Position numbers and translations under genes: made by a program
Shown here: positions 30,039 to 40,379 of the stretch, piece by piece
Layout: each line of letters opens with the position of its first letter
Position numbering within the stretch: the first letter of the stretch is position 1
The notes under the pieces: generated by a model
What the model saw: the letters and a program-made list of their open reading frames with translations, nothing else
What the model was told of the DNA's origin: nothing
Databases searched by the model: none
Assembly: GCA_964490105.1 (NCBI GenBank)
Contig: CAZAZU010000001.1
Location: 306,361-370,360, forward strand
Length of the DNA stretch: 64,000 nt
Source: an uncultured Gammaproteobacteria bacterium
GTDB taxonomy: Bacteria; Patescibacteriota; Microgenomatia; Levybacterales; UBA12049
Direction: 5' to 3'

Positions 30039-31379
30039 TCATAGCTGTAAGTATCTAGAAATAATTTCTAGAATTTGATTTTTTAATTGACCAGAACTTG
30101 ATAATTCGTCACCGACAAAAGTAGGATCTTGCCAGAATAATTTAAAAGATATAATACTTAACCCCTGATGAACAATAAAAATTCCAGTCAATAAATAAAG
30201 TAAAAAACTGGAATACTTTTTTTTAACAAAAATAATGATCTCAGCTATCCCAAAAATTAAAATTGGAAAAATACTAATAAAATACCTCGCAGTATATCCT
30301 GCTACATTCCATCCATCATAGCTAGAAATTAATAAAAAAACTAAAAGAGAAATCATAATAAATACGAATCCAATGTCTTTATTTTTTTTTCTAAACATAA
30401 ATAACCCAAGCATTGAAATGAGCATTAACGGCATATAAATGGCTATTCCTTGCTTTGGATCAAATAATACGTCCGTAAAATGAGAAAACGGCAAAAAATC
30501 ATTTTCTGCTTTTGATAAATGCGGAATTAATAAAATTTTACCTTGTCCCAAATACATAATGAGTAGCTGAGGTAGGTATGATATCAATATTCCTGCTGCT
30601 AAAATAAAAAGTTTAATATAATTTTTCCTAAGCTTAAATTTTTTAAAATTAAAATTATTTATTATGGTTAATATTGGAATTAAAATAAGAAGAGCATCTT
30701 GCATTCTGCTTGCAGTCATTAATCCTAAAATTATTCCCTGCATAAAAATTATTTTAAATTTCTTATTTTCTTTAAATTTAAAATATAAATATATCAATAA
30801 TGAAGTCCCAAAAAATGAAAACGGATGAGTATTAACTACATCAATTGCACTGTAATAAAAAAGATTAGTAGAGAATAAAATTAAAATAATTGAAAGCGCA
30901 GTAATTTCTTTTGAGAAAAATTTTAAAAGAATTTTAGAAAGCAAAAATAGCCCACTAACAACAAAAAAAATATTTCCAATTCCTAATACTATCTGATAAA
31001 TATCGCTATAACCGTTTCTAATGATACTAGAATCAAACTTTGAAAAAATGATAGCTAAAATATCAGCGACAAAATATATCGGTATCCATATGATCGAGAT
31101 TCCCAATGAGAAATTATGAGTTGTTACATCAATATACTTTTGAAGCTCAGGAACAGAATTAGAATTTGAAGGCCTGTTATTTCCCTCCGGACTCCAGTCG
31201 TGAGCCATCTCATCAGTTATATCAATGTTTTGAGAATAATAGATGGATCTAGTATATGAGAGGTAATATCTTGCATCTCCATATACACTTTGTCCTACTA
31301 TTTTAAATTCTAAAATAAAAACAAAAATTAAAATGAATGCAATTATTAGATGAAAAAGAAGCCAGTGCTTGATAAACAT
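30039..31379 (-). CDS. Polytopic membrane protein (possible GT-C or polymerase-like)
   Basis: 446 aa with about 11 TM helices in a glycan locus. Confidence 0.35.
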   Translation of the reverse strand: MFIKHWLLFHLIIAFILIFVFILEFKIVGQSVYGDARYYLSYTRSIYYSQNIDITDEMAHDWSPEGNNRPSNSNSVPELQKYIDVTTHNFSLGISIIWIPIYFVADILAIIFSKFDSSIIRNGYSDIYQIVLGIGNIFFVVSGLFLLSKILLKFFSKEITALSIILILFSTNLFYYSAIDVVNTHPFSFFGTSLLIYLYFKFKENKKFKIIFMQGIILGLMTASRMQDALLILIPILTIINNFNFKKFKLRKNYIKLFILAAGILISYLPQLLIMYLGQGKILLIPHLSKAENDFLPFSHFTDVLFDPKQGIAIYMPLMLISMLGLFMFRKKNKDIGFVFIMISLLVFLLISSYDGWNVAGYTARYFISIFPILIFGIAEIIIFVKKKYSSFLLYLLTGIFIVHQGLSIISFKLFWQDPTFVGDELSSSGQLKNQILEIISRYLQL

Positions 31380-31433
31380 TTAAATAAAACTTAACTTAGA
31401 ATACCTTTTTCTATTTGACAAAGCAAGGCTAGA

Positions 31434-32009
31434 ATGGGAGAATTAGTTGATATGGAAGCCCTTCGAAAGGCCTATTTTTTTCTCTTAGACATTCTTCAAA
31501 CCCTAATACTCGCAGCTGCAGCTTTTGTAGTTGTATACATGTTTCTTTTTCGGCCATTTGAAGTTAACGGTGAATCCATGTATCCAAATCTTCACAACCA
31601 TCAATACCTGATAACCGACATCATTAGCTTAAAACTGGGTAATCCAAAATTAGGAGAGGTGGTCGTTTTCAAAGCTCCAAATGACCCAGATAAAGATTTT
31701 ATAAAAAGAGTAATTGGAGTCAAGGGAGATCGAGTTTCAGTGAGGGAAGGGAAAGTATATCTGAATGATAAGCTGCTTGATGAAAGTAAATATCTTGATG
31801 CTTCTGTAAAAACGTATGGCGGATCATATCTCAAAGAGGGACAAACAGCGACTGTTCCTGAAGGCTATTTTTTCGTACTCGGTGATAATCGTTCATATAG
31901 TTCGGATTCCAGAGAATGGGGATTTGTTCCTAAGAAAAATATAATTGGTATTTCTAAATTTATCTATTGGCCTATTAATGATGCGGGTTTTATAAAAAAT
32001 CCCTACTAA
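31434..32009 (+). CDS. lepB: Signal peptidase I (S26 family)
   Basis: Catalytic Ser box GESMYPNL, Lys box KRVIGVKGD and GDNRSYSSDSREWG. Confidence 0.75.
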   Translation: MGELVDMEALRKAYFFLLDILQTLILAAAAFVVVYMFLFRPFEVNGESMYPNLHNHQYLITDIISLKLGNPKLGEVVVFKAPNDPDKDFIKRVIGVKGDRVSVREGKVYLNDKLLDESKYLDASVKTYGGSYLKEGQTATVPEGYFFVLGDNRSYSSDSREWGFVPKKNIIGISKFIYWPINDAGFIKNPY

Positions 32010-32824
32010 GCTGTTAGAAGTGAAACAATTTCCTGAACCTTAGGCCCTGTAACCTCTACGTCTCCACCAATTTCAATTACAACTCTTGCTTTTGATCTAG
32101 ACTGGAAAATTGAAACTTTATCTACTGATCTTTTCTCTTTAATATTCTTTGCCATCTCATCTAATTCCGGAACCCATAGCTTATCTGTTTTCTTTGGAGC
32201 TCGTTGCTCTACCTCACCTTTTACCTGGCGTGCCATATCCTCTGTTTGTCTTACAGTACTATTATCCTTAAGGATCTTCTTAAATAGCTCAAGCATCATT
32301 TTACTATCTCCCACTGAAATAAGAGGTCTAACGTGTCCCTCAGTAATCACTCCTGCGACCAGCGCATCTTTAATCGCATCTGGTAATGAGAGTAAGCGAA
32401 TCGTATTTGACACAGTTGGAGCACTTTTTCCAACTTTTCTAGCTACCTCATTTGTTCCAAGACCGAACTCATCAATTAATCTTTTATATGCCTGTGCTCT
32501 CTCAATTGGATTAAGATCTTCTCTTTGAACGTTTTCTACAATTGCCATCTCAAGCATTTGCTGTGGAGACGTTTTCTTAATAACAACTGGCACTTTCGTG
32601 AGACCTATTAATTTAGATGCTCTCCATCTTCTTTCTCCTGCAATAATTTGATATCCCGCTGGGGTACTTGCAACGACAATTGGCTCGAGTACTCCTTGTT
32701 CTCTAATTGAGTCTGCTAGCTCGGTGAGGGAATCGGGGGAAATAATACCTCTTGGCTGTAGAGGGTTACTCTGAAGCATTCCTACTTCGAGTTCTGTTAT
32801 TACTGCTTCCTGCTGTGTATCCAT
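32006..32824 (-). CDS. parB: ParB/Spo0J family chromosome partitioning protein
   Basis: ParB box GERRWRAS and an HTH region. No parA adjacent. Confidence 0.7.
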   Translation of the reverse strand: MDTQQEAVITELEVGMLQSNPLQPRGIISPDSLTELADSIREQGVLEPIVVASTPAGYQIIAGERRWRASKLIGLTKVPVVIKKTSPQQMLEMAIVENVQREDLNPIERAQAYKRLIDEFGLGTNEVARKVGKSAPTVSNTIRLLSLPDAIKDALVAGVITEGHVRPLISVGDSKMMLELFKKILKDNSTVRQTEDMARQVKGEVEQRAPKKTDKLWVPELDEMAKNIKEKRSVDKVSIFQSRSKARVVIEIGGDVEVTGPKVQEIVSLLTA

Positions 32825-33079
32825 TTATTTCTGTGAGATAACTTGAACTAACTTCTTTCCTCTTTTTGTTATGAACTCAACTGTTCCATTAGCCACTGAA
32901 AAAAGCGTGTAATCTTTTCCCATCTGAACTCCGGTTCCTGGATAAACCTTTGATCCGCGCTGTCTTATTAAAATATTTCCCGGAGCTGCATTCTGCCCAG
33001 CATATAACTTCACGCCTAAACGCTTTGATTTCGAATCTCTATTTCCTTTTACCGATCCTTGTGCTTTTGTATGTGCCAT
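32825..33079 (-). CDS. rpmA: 50S ribosomal protein L27
   Basis: MAHTKAQGSVKGNRDSKSKRLGVK... matches the canonical L27 N-terminus. Confidence 0.9.
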   Translation of the reverse strand: MAHTKAQGSVKGNRDSKSKRLGVKLYAGQNAAPGNILIRQRGSKVYPGTGVQMGKDYTLFSVANGTVEFITKRGKKLVQVISQK

Positions 33080-33160
33080 ATAGGTTTATAGTCCTGTGAA
33101 AACTTATAAGATTTTAGCTTTAATTTTCACAAAGGTCAATAAGTCAAAGTAGATCTTTCT

Positions 33161-33541
33161 CTACTTTTTTGATTCAGTTGTGGCAGTTTTAGTTGTTCTC
33201 TCAGCTTTTTCAGTTATTTTAGTGCTACCAACTTCAATTTTTTCAATTTTAAATACTGTATGCTGTGGTCTAAAGCCCATAACTTTTCTGTATCTGGATT
33301 TTGCTTTAAATTTAGCTACCCTTATTTTATCTCCTTTAACTTGATCTACTAATGCAGCTGTTACAACTGCACCTTTTATACTTGGCTTTCCCAGAGTTAC
33401 TTTTCCTTCATTAACAAATAATAAAACTTCTTCAAAAGTATAATTTTTCTTACCATTTAGGTCGATTTTATCAACTGTTAAAGTATCTCCTGCTGAAACT
33501 TTATATTGTTTTCCTCCAGATTTAATCACTGCGTATTGCAT
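33161..33541 (-). CDS. rplU: 50S ribosomal protein L21 with a lysine/threonine-rich C-terminal extension of about 25 aa
   Basis: MQYAVIKSGGKQYKV...FKAKSRYRKVMGFRPQ matches L21. The extra tail is EKAERTTKTATTESKK. Confidence 0.85.
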   Translation of the reverse strand: MQYAVIKSGGKQYKVSAGDTLTVDKIDLNGKKNYTFEEVLLFVNEGKVTLGKPSIKGAVVTAALVDQVKGDKIRVAKFKAKSRYRKVMGFRPQHTVFKIEKIEVGSTKITEKAERTTKTATTESKK

Positions 33542-33563
33542 AGCTTTAAATTATACCAAAAAA

Positions 33564-34643
33564 CTAACGTATTTCCAATACTTCTCGCCTTTTTCCCTTA
33601 TTTAATGCAAATAGAAGTCCAAGTAAAATGAAATTTGATAAAAGTGAGCTTCCGCCGTATGAGACAAACGGCAGAGTTACTCCCACAATAGGCACGATTC
33701 CTATGTTCATTCCTACATTTACGAAAAAGTGGACGAAGATTATAAAGAATGCGGTAATAGAGAACATCTTGGAAAACTTATCTTCAGAATTTTTTATGAT
33801 TAAATAAAGTCTGAAAAAAATAAAAGAGAACGCAAGAATTATTATTACAGAACCCACAAAACCTAACTCTTCGGAGATTGTTGCGAAAATAAAATCAGTA
33901 TGACGTTCCGGAAGAAATCTAAGCTCTACTTGTGTCCCCTGTCCAAGCCCTCTTCCAATTAACATACCGGACCCCACTGCGATAACAGCTTGAATTGCGT
34001 TATATGAGGTACCCAGCGGATCACGCGACGGATTTAAAAACGTAAGCACCCTTTGTCTTTGGTATTCATGTAAAAGTACCCATAGAAAAGGAACGCTCGC
34101 AAGCCACATTAAAAATCCAGCAAAGAACCATTTAAATGGATATCCGTAAATAAGAAGAAGCCCCATCGTTACAAACACATAAATTAAAGCATTTCCGAGG
34201 TCTGGCTGAAAGAAAATTAAAAGCGCAATTGGAAACATAAAAGCTAGAGAAATAAGAAATGATTTAAACGAGTAAGATTTTAGGTTCGATAAATATGATG
34301 CTATGGAAATTGCCAGGAATGGTTTTAAGAGCTCAGAGAATTGTATTCCAACTCCAAAAATAGTAAACCATCTGACGCTACCCCTGCTCTCTACCCCTAA
34401 AAACAAAACTGCTATTAAAAGAATGAGTGACCCGACATAAATAGGAATCGTATAGTTTTTTAAAACAGAAGGATTAAGTTGAGAAAAAATAAAAAATATG
34501 ATTAACGAAAGAATGCTGAAAATTAATTGGCTTTTAAAAACTGCAAAATCTATGGAGTAAAGAGATACGAGACTAAAAGTGACCAGAACTCCAACAGCGA
34601 TCATGAGAAGCCAGTCAATTGAGGACAGAGAGATAAACTTCAT
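33564..34643 (-). CDS. SEDS family peptidoglycan glycosyltransferase (FtsW/RodA)
   Basis: 359 aa with 10 TM helices and the conserved RGLGQGTQ and PERHTDFIF motifs. Confidence 0.75.
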   Translation of the reverse strand: MKFISLSSIDWLLMIAVGVLVTFSLVSLYSIDFAVFKSQLIFSILSLIIFFIFSQLNPSVLKNYTIPIYVGSLILLIAVLFLGVESRGSVRWFTIFGVGIQFSELLKPFLAISIASYLSNLKSYSFKSFLISLAFMFPIALLIFFQPDLGNALIYVFVTMGLLLIYGYPFKWFFAGFLMWLASVPFLWVLLHEYQRQRVLTFLNPSRDPLGTSYNAIQAVIAVGSGMLIGRGLGQGTQVELRFLPERHTDFIFATISEELGFVGSVIIILAFSFIFFRLYLIIKNSEDKFSKMFSITAFFIIFVHFFVNVGMNIGIVPIVGVTLPFVSYGGSSLLSNFILLGLLFALNKGKRREVLEIR

Positions 34644-37546
34644 TACACCTTTGTAACTTTAAATTCTCCCTTTGTCAAATTATTTATAAGCGCTTTTCTT
34701 TTTATTTCTTCTTCAAACTTCTCTGGCCAATCAGGAAGACTAACATTTACTTTTTCAGACAGTGTTGTTCCAATAACTTTTCTCTCAGCCTGAATTTGCC
34801 TAACAATATCCCTTGCATCTCCCTCAGCCTTGAGCTCCTGCGTAATATTTATGTCTAAAAATAAACTCATTCGCTTTTTATAATTTTCATTGTCAGTTGC
34901 ATCAATAATTCCTTCTCCTTTTGGAATATCTGAGTAATTCATATAATCAATGCTTTTTATATTTAGTTCAGACAAAATGATTTTTTCGTATAACTTTAAA
35001 TTTCCTTTTTCCTTTAATGGCTCACCGAAAAATCCAATTCTACTTAGGGGCTGTCTTACTTTAATTCCTTTTTCTTTTCTAATTGCATGAATTCGCTCAA
35101 CAATTTGCCTAACAATATTCATGTCATTTATTAGTCTTGAATCAAAATCTTTTTCTTCTGGCCAACTCGCAAGGTGAACTGATTCCTCTCCGGTAAGATT
35201 TTTATACATCTCCTCCGCCATAAATGGAGCAATTGGCGAGATCAACTTACAAATAGTAGTAAGCACAGCATAAGTTGTTGAATAAAAAGCATTTTTATCT
35301 GACTCATCCTCTACACTTGCTCCTACTCTGTCTCTACTTCTTCTTATGTACCACGTAGAAAAATCATTTACAAAATTTCCTATTTTTGAAATCGCCGAAA
35401 CAGTGTCATACTTATCAAGATCTTTTGTCACATCTTCCGTAAGCTTACGGAGAAGAGTGATTATCCATTTATCTAATACATTTTCTGAGTTTTCCTTATA
35501 ACTTTCTTTATTCCATCCATCAACCAATGCGTAGCTTACAAAAAAGTTATAGGTATTCCAAAGTATTAACATCATACCCTTAACTTGCTGACGGTACTGA
35601 TCTTCAGAAATAATTATGTCTTCTCCGTTCATAATTGGAGAACTCATTAAATAAAACCTTAGCGCGTCTCCTCCGTATTTCCCAAGCAGTTCTTTCGGAT
35701 CTGGATAGTTTCCTAAGTTTTTACTCATCTTTCTTCCGTCAGTGCCAAGTATTACTCCCTCAACTCCTACATTTTTAAATGCTTTTGACTTATATAAGGC
35801 CCCGCCAATAACATGGAGCACATAAAACCACGCCCTAATTTGACCTGTATATTCCGCGATAAAATCCGGTGGGAAAAAATCTTCTAATTTTTGTGACACG
35901 TCAAAAGGATAATGGCGCTCTGCAAAACTAGCTGATCCTGCTTCAATCCAACTGTCGAGCACCTCCGGAACTCTTTTTGCTTTTTTTCCGCATTTACGAC
36001 AATTAACTTCTACGCCGTCGATCTCAGGCTTATGTAAGTCTTTTACTTCTGCGCCACTTGCTTCTTCTAACTCTCTTATAGAACCTGGCACAAACCGTTC
36101 TCCGCATTCGCACTCCCAAACAGGAACTGGGCTTCCCCAATACCTATTTCTTGAAATATTCCAATCTGGTGCATTCTCAAGACTCTTTAAAAACCTTCCG
36201 TGCTTAAAATGTTTTGGATACCAATTAATCTCTTCGTTAGTTTTTATAAGCTGAGCTTTTATGTTTTGGACATTCACATACCATGCATCAATTGGTGCAT
36301 AATAAAGGCGTGTGTGACATCTCCAGCACAACGGAACTGAGTGAGTAATCTCTTCATCCTTATAAATTAAATTTCGGCTCGAAAGATCTTCATTTACTGC
36401 CTTATTGGCTTTTAAATAATACATCCCCGAGAATTTAGGAACATGTTCTTTCACATTTCCTTCTTCATCCAGATGAATTTCTATATGAATATTATTTTCA
36501 CTCATCGCTTTCAAATCTTCTTCTCCATATGCTGCAATAGTAACTACACCAGTTCCCTCTTCAGCTGTTACAAAGTTTCCTTCGATTATTTCGAAAGCTT
36601 TTTCTCCTTCTTTAATTTTGTCTTTGTAGAAATCGTAATGAGGAATAAACTTTTTACCAATCAATTCGCTACCATTAAACTCATCAACAATCTTATAAGT
36701 GTCTTGATCTCCTAAAATTTTAATTGTTGTTTTTGCCAGAATATAACTCTCTTCATTTTGGATAACTTTTACATATTTAAGTTTTGGATTTACCGCAAGA
36801 GCCGGAGTAACAATTTTATTCCAAGGAGTCGTAGACCATGCCAAAACAAACGTATTAGGATCATCTTTTAATTCATACTTATATGTTGTTCCTTGATCTT
36901 TTGTGTCCTTATAATTATCAGCATCCATTGCAACTTCAAAGTTTGAAATAGGAGTTGAACAGTGAGGGCAAAAAAGTGTAACTTTAATTCCCTTATAGAT
37001 ATGCCTTCTCACATACATTTGTTTAAATACCCACATGACAGATTCCATGTAGGGCATGTCCCATGTTTTATACGCATTTTTAAAATCAACCCACCTGCCG
37101 ATATGATCCACATACCACTCCCATTCTCCTGAAATTTGTTCTACGTATTTCTTACATTCATCTATAAATTTCTTAACCCCAACTACGTCTTCTATATCTT
37201 TTTTTCTTTTTATTTCTAACTGGTTCTCTACTTTATTCTCAACAGGAAGTCCGTGACCATCCCATCCCCAAACACGCTTCACCCTATAACCTCGCATAGT
37301 TTTATATCTTCCGAAAACGTCTTTGTGAATACTCCCCAACAAGTGGCCATAGTGAGGCATACCGGTTACAAAAGGAGGTCCGTCTAAAAAGGTCCAGTCA
37401 CCAAGTGGTGCTTCTTTTTCAACTGACTTTTCAAATATTTTATTTTCTTTCCAAAATTTAAGAATATCTTCTTCAACTTGCGGAAAATTAACAGACGGAT
37501 CTACAGGCTTAAACCCCGCAGTTTTTGTTTTATTATTATCTAACAT
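34643..37546 (-). CDS. ileS: Isoleucine--tRNA ligase, eukaryote-like type 2
   Basis: HIGH-region PPFVTGMPHYGHLLGS is type-2 IleRS-like (compare PPFATGxPHYGHIL). KMSKNLGN, a CP1 editing domain and a zinc-binding CWRCHT are present. The start is placed at MLDNNK by N-terminal homology (NFPQVEEDILKFWKENKIF). The ORF-track start is 37618. Confidence 0.85.
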   Translation of the reverse strand: MLDNNKTKTAGFKPVDPSVNFPQVEEDILKFWKENKIFEKSVEKEAPLGDWTFLDGPPFVTGMPHYGHLLGSIHKDVFGRYKTMRGYRVKRVWGWDGHGLPVENKVENQLEIKRKKDIEDVVGVKKFIDECKKYVEQISGEWEWYVDHIGRWVDFKNAYKTWDMPYMESVMWVFKQMYVRRHIYKGIKVTLFCPHCSTPISNFEVAMDADNYKDTKDQGTTYKYELKDDPNTFVLAWSTTPWNKIVTPALAVNPKLKYVKVIQNEESYILAKTTIKILGDQDTYKIVDEFNGSELIGKKFIPHYDFYKDKIKEGEKAFEIIEGNFVTAEEGTGVVTIAAYGEEDLKAMSENNIHIEIHLDEEGNVKEHVPKFSGMYYLKANKAVNEDLSSRNLIYKDEEITHSVPLCWRCHTRLYYAPIDAWYVNVQNIKAQLIKTNEEINWYPKHFKHGRFLKSLENAPDWNISRNRYWGSPVPVWECECGERFVPGSIRELEEASGAEVKDLHKPEIDGVEVNCRKCGKKAKRVPEVLDSWIEAGSASFAERHYPFDVSQKLEDFFPPDFIAEYTGQIRAWFYVLHVIGGALYKSKAFKNVGVEGVILGTDGRKMSKNLGNYPDPKELLGKYGGDALRFYLMSSPIMNGEDIIISEDQYRQQVKGMMLILWNTYNFFVSYALVDGWNKESYKENSENVLDKWIITLLRKLTEDVTKDLDKYDTVSAISKIGNFVNDFSTWYIRRSRDRVGASVEDESDKNAFYSTTYAVLTTICKLISPIAPFMAEEMYKNLTGEESVHLASWPEEKDFDSRLINDMNIVRQIVERIHAIRKEKGIKVRQPLSRIGFFGEPLKEKGNLKLYEKIILSELNIKSIDYMNYSDIPKGEGIIDATDNENYKKRMSLFLDINITQELKAEGDARDIVRQIQAERKVIGTTLSEKVNVSLPDWPEKFEEEIKRKALINNLTKGEFKVTKV

Positions 37547-37668
37547 ATACAAATCGCCTACCACAAAAAGCGGGGCGAACATAAAGCTAATTGTACCCGA
37601 AAATGAGGCTCGCATCAATAAGTTCCCTTTACAAAAAAAGCAAGTCGTGAGATATTTGCTTAAATAAA

Positions 37669-38670
37669 ATGAACAACAGAGAATCTTGGGCAGATTTGGC
37701 TAGAATTCTTGCTACTTTTCTAATAATTTTAGTTCACACTTCAGGAATTAATCAGATTTCAAACCTTAACTACTACTCTTCACTTCTATACTCTTCCTTA
37801 GGGTATTTAGGAGCTCCTTTATTTTTTATTCTAAGCGGATATTTTTTACTCCCCAAAAAAGAGAGTGCGAAAACCTTTTATAAAAAACGCTTAAATAGAA
37901 TACTTTTACCTTGGATCTCCTGGTCTTTAATCTTGTCTTTTATTCAAATTTATCCATCAAGCAATTATTCCGTTTTTATATTTGTTTCTAAATTTAAAGA
38001 AAGCCTACAGGCATTTTGGTTTTTACCTCTTCTCGTTTGTCTTTATTTACTTACTCCATTTCTTAGAAATCTTTTAAATAATTCTTCGAAAAAAGAAATC
38101 CTTCTTATGCTAACTCTTTGGTTTTTAGCATTTTCTTTTTTCCCATATTCTTTAAATTCGCAGGCTTTTCCCTATGCCGCAGACAACGGACTAGTAAGAC
38201 AGACTTTTGGATTTATCGGATTTTATATTTTCGGATTTTATTTATTTTTAAATTCGAAAGAAAAAATAAATAAATATTTTCATTTGCTTTCATTTTTAGT
38301 GTTAATAATTTCTACAATAACGCTTTCTGTATTAATCCAATCAAAAAACATAAATCTTCAAATAATTCATTATTTATCTCCCACTATTGTACTAGCATCA
38401 ATTTCATTTTCCTTTTTTCTCTTATCCATGTTTAAAAAAATTAAACTTTCTAAAAAAGCTGTGTCATTAATCGCAAACATAAGCGGGATGAGTTTGGGAA
38501 TTTACCTACTGCATGATGTAATTCTTTCTAGAGTGATCACGGGTTACATTTTTGTAAGCCCAGTTAAATTCTATGCCGGATTTATGAACGCAATACTAGT
38601 TATGTTAATTAGCATTATTATTCTTTTTGTCGTAAGTAAAATTCCTGTTCTTAAAAAACTGCTTATTTAG
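37669..38670 (+). CDS. Acyltransferase family 3 membrane protein (OatA/OafA-like O-acyltransferase)
   Basis: N-terminus RESWADLARILATFLIILVHTSG, with about 10 TM helices. Confidence 0.6.
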   Translation: MNNRESWADLARILATFLIILVHTSGINQISNLNYYSSLLYSSLGYLGAPLFFILSGYFLLPKKESAKTFYKKRLNRILLPWISWSLILSFIQIYPSSNYSVFIFVSKFKESLQAFWFLPLLVCLYLLTPFLRNLLNNSSKKEILLMLTLWFLAFSFFPYSLNSQAFPYAADNGLVRQTFGFIGFYIFGFYLFLNSKEKINKYFHLLSFLVLIISTITLSVLIQSKNINLQIIHYLSPTIVLASISFSFFLLSMFKKIKLSKKAVSLIANISGMSLGIYLLHDVILSRVITGYIFVSPVKFYAGFMNAILVMLISIIILFVVSKIPVLKKLLI

Positions 38671-39268
38671 TTCCAAAAATAAAAACTGCATAGTATCCTG
38701 CAACCCCTCCGCATCCATGATTCCACCCAGCATCCTGAATAGCTTCTTTGTGTCCTGTTAAAGACCTATCCCATCCATACTCAACAATATGCACTCCATA
38801 CTGCGGCTGTACTCCGCCAAAAAGAACCTCACCCATTTTATAAAATTCATTTTGATTATTTGCGTATTTATCAAATCCGGCATGTCCATCAAGGCCTCCA
38901 TTTGCTAATTGCTCCTCAGCTCTTTTTTGGGCTATATCACACAGTAAATCATTCTTAGTAACTAATTGGACGTTATGCGCTCTTCTGTAATCATTCATGG
39001 CCGTATTTAGCTCATCTTGAGTTGTCATTCTGGGGTCCGGGGGTAAATTAATTTTAGTTACATGTTCATCAACTTTTTCAACTGACCAGTCAAATGGAGG
39101 CTGAGTCGGACCAATTTTTATATTTTTCTCAATAATCGACCCGTCGTTTTTAAGATAAAATTTTTTGGAAATATTAGTATTGCTTGCATTAAACATGAAG
39201 AACAAGAAAAGAAAAAACAAAATGAAAAACTTGGAAAGGTAAGGAGTACTTACGCGTATTTTTTTCAT
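38663..39268 (-). CDS. Secreted protein, possibly CAP (SCP/PR-1, YkwD-like) domain
   Basis: Signal peptide MKKIRVSTPYLSKFFILFFLF.... The C-terminus GHKEAIQDAGWNHGCGGVAGYYAVFIF resembles the CAP signature. Confidence 0.35.
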   Translation of the reverse strand: MKKIRVSTPYLSKFFILFFLFLFFMFNASNTNISKKFYLKNDGSIIEKNIKIGPTQPPFDWSVEKVDEHVTKINLPPDPRMTTQDELNTAMNDYRRAHNVQLVTKNDLLCDIAQKRAEEQLANGGLDGHAGFDKYANNQNEFYKMGEVLFGGVQPQYGVHIVEYGWDRSLTGHKEAIQDAGWNHGCGGVAGYYAVFIFGTK

Positions 39269-39270
39269 AA

Positions 39271-39720
39271 TTAAAAAACTACTACGCGGGTATTCATCGG
39301 AGCCCATTCATAAAGCCACTTCGAAAAAGCAACTGGTTGATTTACGCACCCATGACTTACCCTTGTACCAAATTTATTGTGCCAAAAAGCACCATGAAGA
39401 GCATAGGCTCCATGAAAATACATTATGTATGGAACATCTTTTAAGAAATATCTGGGATAAGGCGGGTAATACCCGCTCATATTTCCTTTTTCCAGTTTTT
39501 TATAAATCCTAAAGTCTCCTTTTACAGTAGGCGTATAAACCATTCCAGTACTCACGGGGCTTTGATTAACTAGACGACCGCCATCCCATGCATAGAGCAT
39601 TTGCTTAGCTGTGTCCACTGTAATTAATTTTTCTGACGTGATTATTTGAGCATTAACCGGAACTACAGCCGTTAAGAGAAAAAACAAAACCGTGAAGAGC
39701 AATAGAATTATCCTTTTCAC
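39271..39720 (-). CDS. L,D-transpeptidase (YkuD domain)
   Basis: Signal peptide, then the catalytic motif HGAFWHNKFGTRVSHGCVN (His...SHGC). Confidence 0.75.
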   Translation of the reverse strand: MKRIILLLFTVLFFLLTAVVPVNAQIITSEKLITVDTAKQMLYAWDGGRLVNQSPVSTGMVYTPTVKGDFRIYKKLEKGNMSGYYPPYPRYFLKDVPYIMYFHGAYALHGAFWHNKFGTRVSHGCVNQPVAFSKWLYEWAPMNTRVVVF

Positions 39721-39760
39721 TAGATAATCGTATCAAAAAAATTGGCCGGGAAAAAGAAGA

Positions 39761-40321
39761 CTATTTTATGCTGATGAGTTCTATCTCAAAGGCTAAGGGT
39801 GTATTGGGTGGAATTGGTCCCGATCCATTTGGTCCGTATGCCAAATCAGAAGGAATTAACAATTTTCGTTTACCGCCTACTTTCATTCCTACCAGACCCT
39901 GGTCCCAACCGGCAATAACTTCTCCAGCTCCTACATTAAAACTAAAAGTCTGATTTCTATCATAAGAGCTATCAAATTTTCGACCGTCTAGAAAAGTTCC
40001 GAGATAATTAACTTCAGCTGTATCTCCGGATTTCACCTCTTCCCCCTGTCCTACTTGTATATCTTGAATTGTAAGTTGTGTTACATTTTGCATAGCTTGT
40101 GGCGCCTGAGTTGGAGCAATTGTCGCTTTCTGGGATTGCATTCCTATTGGACTTTCGCTTTGAGACACAACTGCCTCAGGGTTTCCAAAATTTGAAAGCT
40201 CCTGTTTTGCTTTTTCGCTCTCGCTCGGCTTTATATTATTCTTTGTGTATACTATCACACCGCCGACAATTAAAAAACATATAATTCCAAATATTATAAT
40301 CCGCGGGTTTAGCATATTCAT
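39761..40321 (-). CDS. FKBP-type peptidyl-prolyl cis-trans isomerase, membrane-anchored
   Basis: C-terminal FKBP domain ...GAGEVIAGWDQGLVGMKVGGKRKLLIPSDLAYGPNG...LAFEIELISIK. N-terminal TM helix. Confidence 0.75.
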   Translation of the reverse strand: MNMLNPRIIIFGIICFLIVGGVIVYTKNNIKPSESEKAKQELSNFGNPEAVVSQSESPIGMQSQKATIAPTQAPQAMQNVTQLTIQDIQVGQGEEVKSGDTAEVNYLGTFLDGRKFDSSYDRNQTFSFNVGAGEVIAGWDQGLVGMKVGGKRKLLIPSDLAYGPNGSGPIPPNTPLAFEIELISIK

Positions 40322-40379
40322 AAAAAAAGATTATATTAAAAAATTTACCTGTTGCATAGTGTGTTATAATAATTTTCCA

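Noticed and set aside
33137-33160. Hairpin agtaga-tctttc-tctact followed by a T-run between rplU and rpmA.
   Set aside because: The T-run follows the stem only on the plus strand, whereas both flanking genes are on the minus strand. It is unlikely to be a functional terminator for them and is possibly coincidental.
37547-37668. Possible T-box leader upstream of ileS.
   Set aside because: The intergenic region shared with the divergent acyltransferase gene is only about 120 bp, which is too short for a T-box riboswitch of about 250 nt or more. I saw no TGGNACCGCG-like T-box core.
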